A DNA stretch of 39,708 nt from Candidatus Methanophagales archaeon (GTDB taxonomy: Archaea > Halobacteriota > Syntropharchaeia > Alkanophagales > Methanospirareceae), in assembly GCA_030612405.1 (NCBI GenBank), contig JAUWNY010000001.1, positions 1 through 39,708 on the forward strand, written 5' to 3'. A model generated the notes under the pieces. That model saw nothing but the letters and a program-made list of their open reading frames with translations, ran no database searches and was not told the DNA's origin. The translations under genes were made by a program, and so were the position numbers. Shown here piece by piece: positions 24,035 to 32,248 of this stretch (position 1 is its first letter; every line of letters begins with the position of its first letter).

Positions 24035-25603
24035 ATGAAAAATAAGAAAAAAAATGCTTTTTGGGGTTGTATAATTGTGGGGATAGCTCTCGTAGGCGGT
24101 ATAATAATGGCGGGCTGTATAAGTCCACCAGAAGAAGTTCCCAAACAAGAACTGGTGGTTGGTATAAGCACAGATGTTGATAACTGGTATTTAGATAAGT
24201 TTCCTTATGGCGATGCGAGATTCGTGTGGTCACAGGTTTACGAAACTTTAGTACGATTAGATACAGATTTGAAGATACAACCAGGATTGGCGGAATACTG
24301 GGAAACCCCAGACGATGGAAGAACATGGGTATTTCATTTAAGGAAAGGAGTTAAATTCCACGACGGAACACCATTTAATGCGACAGCAGTGGTATTTTCG
24401 TACAGCAATATATCTTTCGTTAGAAAAGTTACACTTGGGAATGTTGACCATGTAGAAGCTCTCGATGAGTACAGTGTCAAATTTGTATCAAAGCGACCTA
24501 TACCCGTATCACATTATATCACGCATGTAGCATGGCCGATTATGAGTCCTACTTGTGTGGACGGAAAAGGAGAGTTCGTGAAACCAATTGGAACAGGACC
24601 ATTCAAATTTGAAAAGCAGATTAAAGACCAGGAAGTCGTGCTTGTAAGAAATGATGATTACTGGGGAGAAGAGCCAACCTTTGAGAAACTCATTTTTAAG
24701 GTAATTCCAGAGGTGGCGACACGTGTAATGGCTTTGGAGACCAAAGAAGTGGACATGATAATGAAAGTGCCGGAATTTGAAGTCGCGAGGTTAGAAGTGG
24801 AGCCAAATATCGAAGTATATAGGAAATTGACAACCTTCACTGACTTTTTACAATTTAACTGCGAAAAAGAACCTTTTAACGACACAAAAGTGAGAAAGGC
24901 AGTGGCATACGCGGTTGATACGGAAAAACTGGTTAAAACCGTTTTAGAGGATGTTGGAGAGCCAGCAAACGGCCGTCCTTTATCCCCCGTCATGTTGTAT
25001 TCGAAACAGGACCTCAAACTGTACAAATATAATCCAGAAAAGACTAAGGAATTATTGTCGGAAGCTGGCTGGAAAGACACCGATGGTGACGGAATAGTTG
25101 ATAAAGATGGAAAGCCATTCAAGGTGTCTCTCCTGGTGGAAAGAGGTGCTTGGACACCACCCCGCTTTATTCCAATGAGTGAAGCCATTCAGGGAGCGTT
25201 AAGAAAGGGGGGTATAGATGTAGAGATGCAAGTTCTGGAACCTGGAGCAGTCATAAAACTTGAAAGAGAAGGTAACTTTGACATGATCCTGAGGACAGGA
25301 TATTTTGTATGGGGTTCCTATCCAAGACACTTCTTTCTACATTATTCTAAATGTCCATACGGTCACTACAAAAACGAAGAATACGACAGACTTGTTGATT
25401 TGGCAGATTCGACGGTAGATACAAAAGAGCAAGAAAAGCTATACCACGAATTGCAGGACATGGTCATCGAAGAAGTCCCGGCATTTTATCTGGTTCACGA
25501 AGAAAAGATTGTCGCCGCGAATTCTTACGTAAAAGGGTATACTATAACAGCCGAAGACCCCTGGCTTAATCTCAAGGGCGTTTATCTGGAGGGAAAGACA
25601 TGA
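24035..25603 (+). CDS. ABC transporter substrate-binding protein, family 5 (NikA/OppA/DppA-type), copy 1
   Basis: 522 aa. N-terminal TM segment plus lipobox-like MAGC. Family-5 signatures LAEYWETPDDGRTWVFHLRKGVKFHDGTPFNA and GTGPFKF. Confidence 0.9.
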   Translation: MKNKKKNAFWGCIIVGIALVGGIIMAGCISPPEEVPKQELVVGISTDVDNWYLDKFPYGDARFVWSQVYETLVRLDTDLKIQPGLAEYWETPDDGRTWVFHLRKGVKFHDGTPFNATAVVFSYSNISFVRKVTLGNVDHVEALDEYSVKFVSKRPIPVSHYITHVAWPIMSPTCVDGKGEFVKPIGTGPFKFEKQIKDQEVVLVRNDDYWGEEPTFEKLIFKVIPEVATRVMALETKEVDMIMKVPEFEVARLEVEPNIEVYRKLTTFTDFLQFNCEKEPFNDTKVRKAVAYAVDTEKLVKTVLEDVGEPANGRPLSPVMLYSKQDLKLYKYNPEKTKELLSEAGWKDTDGDGIVDKDGKPFKVSLLVERGAWTPPRFIPMSEAIQGALRKGGIDVEMQVLEPGAVIKLEREGNFDMILRTGYFVWGSYPRHFFLHYSKCPYGHYKNEEYDRLVDLADSTVDTKEQEKLYHELQDMVIEEVPAFYLVHEEKIVAANSYVKGYTITAEDPWLNLKGVYLEGKT

Positions 25604-25658
25604 GCAGGAAAATGATTGCTTTGGATTGAATAAAAGAAGGAATTGCGTAACGTAAAAA

Positions 25659-26519
25659 ATGGGCATAATAAAAGATACGATAAAGGAGATAGAGAATCTG
25701 GGTATAAATGCAACTCTTTCAAACGTAGTCATCACCAGAATCGGTCCGTGGACATTGAGCTATGTGAGATATGATGATGGTGAACTCGGATGCGGTTGCG
25801 CAAACAACGAAGCGGAAAGAGAAGAGATTCCAGAAGACGTATCGTTTATAGAAGACCTGCTCAATTTGAATGCTTACGATGTCATAGACAAACTGGGGAG
25901 CTTGGAGAACAGCGTATTCATAAACTCACTAAGGGCTTCAATAGCTTCTGCACTCTCTTATAGGTTAATGAATGATGGAAACGAATTGAAAAAAGAGGGA
26001 TATGATGTTGAAGCCTTCTCTGCTCCAAACACACCTCTTTTAAACCCTTCAAAATTCGTGAAAACATCGGACAAAGTAGCAATGGTTGGATTTCACATGA
26101 TGACTACACCCCTGTGTGCAGAGGTTGCAAAGGAGGTGCATGTTACCGAGCTCATGGATTTGAAGCAGCTATTGCTTATAGATTTCAACGCTGATGATGA
26201 ATCTAACATAAAAATATTTCCTGCGGATAAGAGTAAGGAAGTTCTAAGTGGCGCTGATGTTGTTTACATCACTGGTGAGACCGTAGTGAATGGCACATTA
26301 AATGACCTTCTCGAGTTCTCCAAAAATGCCAGGACCAGAATAATTTATGGTCCCACTTCGGCTTTTTATCCAAAGGTGCTTTTTGAACGAGGTGTGGACG
26401 TTTCTTTGCCGATAATCTTCCCAAATACACCTGATTTTCGGAGACGATTCGCACTAAGCAGGGGTTATTGGTATTCTATGAGGGATGTAAAACAGATGTT
26501 AATAAAAAGGAGGGGGTAA
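25659..26519 (+). CDS. DUF4213/DUF364 family protein, copy 2 (tandem duplicate)
   Basis: 286 aa. It aligns gap-free with copy 1, with about 52 mismatches by manual count. Confidence 0.7.
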   Translation: MGIIKDTIKEIENLGINATLSNVVITRIGPWTLSYVRYDDGELGCGCANNEAEREEIPEDVSFIEDLLNLNAYDVIDKLGSLENSVFINSLRASIASALSYRLMNDGNELKKEGYDVEAFSAPNTPLLNPSKFVKTSDKVAMVGFHMMTTPLCAEVAKEVHVTELMDLKQLLLIDFNADDESNIKIFPADKSKEVLSGADVVYITGETVVNGTLNDLLEFSKNARTRIIYGPTSAFYPKVLFERGVDVSLPIIFPNTPDFRRRFALSRGYWYSMRDVKQMLIKRRG

Positions 26520-26520
26520 A

Positions 26521-28074
26521 ATGGAAAAGAAGAAAAAAATTGCGTTGTTGGTTTGTATAGTTGCGGGGGTGGCAATTGCAGTAGCTGGCTGTATAAGCCC
26601 ACCAGAAGAAGTTTCGAAACATGAATTAGTGGTTGGCATAAGCACAGATGTTGATAACTGGTATTTGGACAAGTTTCCCGGTGGAGACGCGAGATTTGTG
26701 TGGTCACAAGTTTACGAAACTTTAGTACGATTAGACACAGATTTGAATATACAGCCAGGATTGGCAGAATCGTGGGAAACACCTGATGATGGAAAAACAT
26801 GGATATTTCATTTAAGAAAAGGGATCAAATTCCATGATGGAACACCATTTAATTCGACCGCAGTTGTATTTTCATACAGTGATAAATCTTTCGCTAGAAG
26901 AGTTGCAATCGGGACGGTAGACCATGTAGAGGCTCTGGATGAATATAGTGTAAAATTTGTTTCAAAGCGACCTACGCCCGTACCACTTTATATCACGCAT
27001 GTGGCATGGCCCATTATGAGCCCCAGTTGTGTGGATGAGAAGGGAGAGTTCGTAAAACCAATTGGAACAGGACCGTTCAAATTTGAAAAACAGATAAAAG
27101 ACCAGGAAGTCGTGCTTGTAAGAAATGATGACTACTGGGAAGAGAAGCCAACCCTTGAGAAGGTCATTTTTAAGGTGATTCCTGAGGCGTCAACACGTGT
27201 GATGGCACTCGAAACTAAAGAAGTGGACATGATTATAAAGGTGCCGGAATTTGAAGTCTCGAGGTTAGAAAAGGAGTCAAATATCGAAGTATATAGGAAA
27301 CTAACAACCTTCACTGACTTTTTGCAATTTAACTGTGAAAAAGAGCCTTTTAATGACACAAAAGTGAGAAAGGCTGTGGCATATGCTATTGACACAGAAA
27401 AACTGGTAAACACCGTTTTAGAGGGTGTTGGAAAGCCGGCAAAAGGTCGTGCTTTTTCTCCTGTTATGTTGTATTCGAAACCAGATCTCAAACTGTATGA
27501 ATATGACCCAGAAAAGACTAAGGAATTATTATTAGAAGCTGGCTGGGAAGACACGGATGGTAACGGAATAGTGGACAGAGATGGAAAGCCGTTCAGGGTG
27601 ACTCTTTTGGTGGAAAGAGGCGCTTGGGCACCACGCTGGATTCCAACGGCTGAAGCTATTCAAGGAGAGTTAAGAAAGGTGGGAATAGATATAGAAATAC
27701 AAGTTCTGGAAAGTGGAGCAGTTACAAAGCTTGAAAGAGAAGGTAACTTTGATATGATGCTGAGGTCAGGATATTTCGTATGGGGACCTTATCCAAGACA
27801 CTTCTTTGTGCATCATTCTAAATCTCCATACGGTCACTACAAAAACGAAGAATACGACAGATTGGTTGATTTGGCAGACTCAACGGTAGATACAAAAGAA
27901 CAAGAAAAGTTATACCACGAATTACAGGAGATGGTCGTTGAAGAAGTCCCGGCATTTTATCTGGTTCATGAAGAGAAGATTGTCGCAGCGAATTCATACG
28001 TAAAAGGATATATTATCACAGCCGAAGATCCCTGGCTCAATCTCGATGGCGTTTACATGGAGGAGAAGAAATGA
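26521..28074 (+). CDS. ABC substrate-binding protein, family 5, copy 2 (tandem duplicate of copy 1)
   Basis: 517 aa. Lipobox-like VAGC. Highly similar to 24035..25603 along its whole length. Confidence 0.9.
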   Translation: MEKKKKIALLVCIVAGVAIAVAGCISPPEEVSKHELVVGISTDVDNWYLDKFPGGDARFVWSQVYETLVRLDTDLNIQPGLAESWETPDDGKTWIFHLRKGIKFHDGTPFNSTAVVFSYSDKSFARRVAIGTVDHVEALDEYSVKFVSKRPTPVPLYITHVAWPIMSPSCVDEKGEFVKPIGTGPFKFEKQIKDQEVVLVRNDDYWEEKPTLEKVIFKVIPEASTRVMALETKEVDMIIKVPEFEVSRLEKESNIEVYRKLTTFTDFLQFNCEKEPFNDTKVRKAVAYAIDTEKLVNTVLEGVGKPAKGRAFSPVMLYSKPDLKLYEYDPEKTKELLLEAGWEDTDGNGIVDRDGKPFRVTLLVERGAWAPRWIPTAEAIQGELRKVGIDIEIQVLESGAVTKLEREGNFDMMLRSGYFVWGPYPRHFFVHHSKSPYGHYKNEEYDRLVDLADSTVDTKEQEKLYHELQEMVVEEVPAFYLVHEEKIVAANSYVKGYIITAEDPWLNLDGVYMEEKK

Positions 28075-29660
28075 ACAAACGAATAACTGCTTTGCTGATT
28101 TGTATAATTGCCGGGGTGGTCCTCGTATGCGGTATAATACTGGCTGGCTGGATAAGCCCGCCAGAAGAAGTTCCTAAAGAGCTACCTCAAGAGATAGTTA
28201 TTGGGATAGGAGAAGATATAAAAGGGTTGGAGCCTGTTTCTGGTTGCCCATGGGGAGCACCACTTCGCCCGATTTATGAAACATTGGTAGTAGAGGATGC
28301 GAATCTTAAAATTCAACCTTTGCTAGCAGAGTCATGGGACGTATCAGAAGACGGTAAAGTATGGACTTTTCACCTGAATAAAGGAATAAAATTCCACGAT
28401 GGCACTCCATTCAATGCTTCGGTGGTGAAGTTTTCTTTCGAATATAAACCCGAAGCATACCGTGCTCTTTATGCAATGCTGAAATCAATAGATGCCATAG
28501 ATGAATACACGGTTAGATTCGTTTTAAATAAGTCGTATGCACCACTATTAAGGGATGTCAGTTCAGCTCCAATAATGAGCCCAACAGCCGTAGATGAAAA
28601 CGGAGAATTCAAATCACCTGTTGGGACAGGTCCATTCAAACTCGATGAGTGGGTCAAGAGCCAAAAAATTGTGCTGGTAAAGAATGAAAATTATTGGAGA
28701 GGGGCACCAAAATTAGAAGTAGTAACCTTTAAAATAATACCTGATGCCTCCGCAAGAGCTATGGCTTTAGAAACAGGGGAAATAGACCTGACAGGTCATC
28801 GAGCGGGTAGAGGCGTATTATACGTTCCAGACATACCGAGACTGAGAGAAGAACCGGAAATAAAAGTAATTGAAGGATATACACAGCCCTGCGTGAATTG
28901 GATTCAATTCAATACAGAAAAAGAGCCGTTCAATGATTTAAAAGTGAGAAAAGCTGTTTACTATGCCATTGATACTCAAAAAATGGTCACTTTTGTAGTG
29001 GGTGAGACAGCAGCACCATTATTACAGGGACCCTTGTCAATGCCATCTACCAAACATCTATTAAACCGGGAGCTAACGTGGTATCCTTACAATCCAGAGA
29101 AAGCAAAAGAGCTATTAGCAGAAGCGGGATGGAAAGATACAGATGGAGATGGCTTTCGAGATAGAAATGGGGAACAACTAAAAGTCACGTTTGTTCTCTC
29201 TGCTCGCCATCCGGAAGTACCAAAAATCGCAGAAATAGTCCAGGCACAATTGAAAGAGATTGGAATGGATGTGGAATTACAGACAGTCGAGTATGGAGCT
29301 CAGAAAATGATGTTTAAAAAAGGACAGTATGGCATGATGATGCAATTGGGCGTTTGTGGACATGGTGACCCTTCTCTCTGGCTTAATTACTTCTTCCATT
29401 CGAAAAGGGGAGTAAATTGCGCATTCAAAAATGATACGCTAACTGCATTGATAGACAAGGTATATACAACGGTAAACGAGGATGAGCGTGTCAAGATATT
29501 CTATGATATTCAGGAAGTATTGGAAGAAAATGTCCCAGGGGTTTTTATTTATACTGATGCAAACGTTGTCGCTGTGAATGAGCGTGTTAAGAACTATGAG
29601 ATGTTTGGAGGAATACACGGGGCATATCTCAGCCTATGGAAGGTGTATATCGAGGAATAA
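28071..29660 (+). CDS. ABC substrate-binding protein, family 5, copy 3 (divergent)
   Basis: 529 aa. LAESWDVSEDGKVWTFHLNKGIKFHDGTPFNA and GTGPFKL. ATGA start/stop overlap with copy 2. The lipobox position reads LAGW instead of AGC. Confidence 0.9.
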   Translation: MNKRITALLICIIAGVVLVCGIILAGWISPPEEVPKELPQEIVIGIGEDIKGLEPVSGCPWGAPLRPIYETLVVEDANLKIQPLLAESWDVSEDGKVWTFHLNKGIKFHDGTPFNASVVKFSFEYKPEAYRALYAMLKSIDAIDEYTVRFVLNKSYAPLLRDVSSAPIMSPTAVDENGEFKSPVGTGPFKLDEWVKSQKIVLVKNENYWRGAPKLEVVTFKIIPDASARAMALETGEIDLTGHRAGRGVLYVPDIPRLREEPEIKVIEGYTQPCVNWIQFNTEKEPFNDLKVRKAVYYAIDTQKMVTFVVGETAAPLLQGPLSMPSTKHLLNRELTWYPYNPEKAKELLAEAGWKDTDGDGFRDRNGEQLKVTFVLSARHPEVPKIAEIVQAQLKEIGMDVELQTVEYGAQKMMFKKGQYGMMMQLGVCGHGDPSLWLNYFFHSKRGVNCAFKNDTLTALIDKVYTTVNEDERVKIFYDIQEVLEENVPGVFIYTDANVVAVNERVKNYEMFGGIHGAYLSLWKVYIEE

Positions 29661-29678
29661 AAACAGGAGGTAAAAAAC

Positions 29679-30149
29679 ATGAAAATAACAGAAGAGGTGA
29701 AGGAAGTAATAAATAACAATATTGTCCATTTAGCGACTTCTTCAAGAGATGGTAACCCAAACGTGGTTCCAGTAGGTCTTTGCAGAGCAATCAGCGACCA
29801 TGAACTGCTGATTGTAGATGTGTTTTTCAAAAAGACGAGAAAAAACATGGAAGAGAATCCCCGGGTTGCAATTGCCGTTGAGGCACTGGAAGAACTGAAA
29901 GCATATCAGATTAAAGGGAAAGCAAAGATTTTCGCTCAGGGTGAATTATACGATAAAGCGGTTGAAATAATGGGAGAACAAAACGAAGTGCGAGAGAAAA
30001 GGATTTCGGTACTGAGAGAAAAAAGACCTGAGATGGCAGAGAGGTTTGAAAAACTTGTTGCAAGTCATCATAAATTGAGACCGAAAGCGGTTGTGCTGGT
30101 AGATGTGGAGGAAATATATTCGACAATGCGTGGGGTGGGGGGCAAATAA
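29679..30149 (+). CDS. Pyridoxamine 5'-phosphate oxidase-like split-barrel flavin-binding protein
   Basis: 156 aa. VHLATSSRDGNPNVVPVG...LLIVDVFFKKTRKNMEENPRVAIAV is the typical PNPOx-like/FMN-binding split-barrel pattern. Confidence 0.7.
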   Translation: MKITEEVKEVINNNIVHLATSSRDGNPNVVPVGLCRAISDHELLIVDVFFKKTRKNMEENPRVAIAVEALEELKAYQIKGKAKIFAQGELYDKAVEIMGEQNEVREKRISVLREKRPEMAERFEKLVASHHKLRPKAVVLVDVEEIYSTMRGVGGK

Positions 30150-30151
30150 AA

Positions 30152-31219
30152 ATGGAATTTGAAGAAGTATTGAAAAATGCAGAGGAAAATGAAATAACAA
30201 AGGAAGAAGCACTGTATCTTTTTAAAGAAACAGGCAGATATGACAAGGCATTGAAACTGTTTGAAGTTGCAAGCAGGGTACGGGATGACGAAATTGGGAA
30301 TGTGTTTAAGCTGGATGGCTTTATAGGTTTAATTACGCATTGCACTGTGGATCCACCATGCAGATACTGCCATAGTTCAAGCAATATTAAATCTGGTTTT
30401 GGACTCGAGAATGTTCTAACCATTGATGAGATCGTTGAAGGTGCCAGATTGATAGAGGAAACAGGAATAAGCATGACAGAGCTCGGTGGCGGAACGACAG
30501 TAGGAAACAGCGGAGAAAAAGTTATTGAAGCCGTTAAAGCAGTTAAAAGAGCAACTGACCTCGATATTTGGGTAAACGTTGGTCCAGCGCTTTCTGAAGA
30601 CACGTTAAAGGAACTAAAGAACGTAGGAGGTGTAGATGTAACAAGTTCTTTCGAAGTTAACCCGCTAAATGAAGAGTTATTTAGAAAAGTAAAACCAGGA
30701 GATGACTTGGATGCAAGAAAAAAACTTGCTAACATGATAAACGATACAGGATTAGGATTAAACAGTGTACTAATGAGTGGGTTAGGAGAATCTTATGAGG
30801 ACCGCGTAGATCACATGTTTTACCTGAAACAGTTTGAAAATTTCAAGTATTTCCTGTGCACTTGGTTCCATCCAGCTCCTGGAACTCCGATGGCTAACTA
30901 TCCATTAACTTCGCCATTAGAGGCGGCAAAAACTGCTGCAATCGCACGCTTGATTTTTCGAGATATTGACATCCATATTAGCGGATACGAACACATTCCA
31001 CTTTGGATAATGGCTGGAGTCAACAGAGTCGTTCATGCTGGTGCATCTGTACACAGAGTAAGGGATGGTGCTGGATGGCATACAATAGGTGCAGAAGTAA
31101 AACACATCAATGATAGATTAGACTTTCTCAATTTACTTCCAACAACCGTAAGATTCATTACTGGGGCTGGAATGGAAGTTGAACCTGAAATTGAGAGGAG
31201 GTGGATAAATGAAGTTTGA
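30152..31219 (+). CDS. Radical SAM enzyme, BioB/HydE/PylB/HcgA-like, with a CX5CX2C cluster motif (RS1)
   Basis: 355 aa. HCTVDPPCRYCHSS (C64, C70, C73). ELGGGTT about 40 residues downstream. The N-terminal ITKEEALYLF helix is typical of this branch. Confidence 0.8.
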   Translation: MEFEEVLKNAEENEITKEEALYLFKETGRYDKALKLFEVASRVRDDEIGNVFKLDGFIGLITHCTVDPPCRYCHSSSNIKSGFGLENVLTIDEIVEGARLIEETGISMTELGGGTTVGNSGEKVIEAVKAVKRATDLDIWVNVGPALSEDTLKELKNVGGVDVTSSFEVNPLNEELFRKVKPGDDLDARKKLANMINDTGLGLNSVLMSGLGESYEDRVDHMFYLKQFENFKYFLCTWFHPAPGTPMANYPLTSPLEAAKTAAIARLIFRDIDIHISGYEHIPLWIMAGVNRVVHAGASVHRVRDGAGWHTIGAEVKHINDRLDFLNLLPTTVRFITGAGMEVEPEIERRWINEV

Positions 31220-32246
31220 AGAACTATTGGCTGATGCAAGAGAGAGGGAAATAACTAGGGAAGAGGTGCTGTTCCTCTTTGAAGGGGCAAACGATTGGGT
31301 AAAAGTTTCCCAACTGCTGAGTACAGCCAGTTACGTGCGAGACAAAAATGTTGGAAGGCTCTTTAAGCTGAAAGCCTTTATTCTATCCACTAACAAGGGA
31401 TGCAGGACAAATCCGCCATGCAGATACTGCGGGCAGTCAAGCGAAAAAGCTAAGTTTTTCACTAATGTAGCAACCCCAGAAGAGGTAGCGGAGTCAGCAA
31501 AAATTGCCGAAGAAATTGGCTTCAAAGGTGTTCAGTGTGGTGGTGGATGCTCCGGCAATAAAGGAGCAGAAGCAGTAGAAGATACCAGGATCGTCAAATC
31601 AGCAACAAACCTCGATGTCTTTGTCAACTACGGTGTAGATATGTCCGATGAAAATATCCAAAAACTAAAAGAACTCGACATTGGAAGTATTGGATGCTCG
31701 CTCGAAACAATAAACGAAGAGACATTCAAAAAAATCAAGCCAGGGGATAGTATAGAAGAGAGAAAAAAGGTCGCGCAGTTGATAGACAAACATGGCGTAG
31801 GTTTGGCAAGTGGTATAATGATAAACATTGGAGAATCTTATCAGGACAGAGTGAACCACATATTTTATCTTAAAAACTTTGAGAACCTGAAGCTGATCTA
31901 CATCTCGGGTTTTTTTCCAATACCTGGAACACCGCTGGAAAATCACCCTTCTGCGACATCAATAGACATTGCCAAAACCATGGCAATAGTGAGGCTCACT
32001 CACAGAAACACAGACCTTGACGGGGCTTTCGGAAGGGATGACCAGCTACAGCTCTGGATAATGGCAGGAGCAAGCCACAGGCTAATACACGGAATTTTTG
32101 AACCGAAAAATAAAATATTTTCCCATAAGTTTAGAGGCAAAGTTCAAAAGATCGGAGAAGATTTTGCGTTCATGAACGTGCTTCCGATTTATGTAAACAT
32201 GATAGAAGAAACAGGACTTAAGGCGGATATAAGGGGGGGTGCGTAA
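31209..32246 (+). CDS. Radical SAM enzyme, paralog of RS1, with a CX5CX2C motif (RS2)
   Basis: 345 aa. GCRTNPPCRYCGQSS (C65, C71, C74). VQCGGGCSG. It overlaps RS1 by 11 nt. Confidence 0.8.
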   Translation: MKFEELLADAREREITREEVLFLFEGANDWVKVSQLLSTASYVRDKNVGRLFKLKAFILSTNKGCRTNPPCRYCGQSSEKAKFFTNVATPEEVAESAKIAEEIGFKGVQCGGGCSGNKGAEAVEDTRIVKSATNLDVFVNYGVDMSDENIQKLKELDIGSIGCSLETINEETFKKIKPGDSIEERKKVAQLIDKHGVGLASGIMINIGESYQDRVNHIFYLKNFENLKLIYISGFFPIPGTPLENHPSATSIDIAKTMAIVRLTHRNTDLDGAFGRDDQLQLWIMAGASHRLIHGIFEPKNKIFSHKFRGKVQKIGEDFAFMNVLPIYVNMIEETGLKADIRGGA

Positions 32247-32248
32247 AA

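Noticed and set aside
29911-30735. A 274-aa minus-strand ORF, the longest unexplained ORF in the operon
   Set aside because: It is antisense to the PNPOx-like and RS1 genes. It has an extreme Ser/Phe/Leu/Thr bias and no motifs. The sense-strand genes have clear family signatures.
30152-32246. Assigning the two radical SAM genes as CofG/CofH (FO synthase) or BioB
   Set aside because: Those enzymes have the canonical CX3CX2C motif and different neighbours. Here both paralogs have CX5CX2C and sit inside a transporter operon. A phylogeny is still needed, so this remains an alternative to test and is not firmly excluded.
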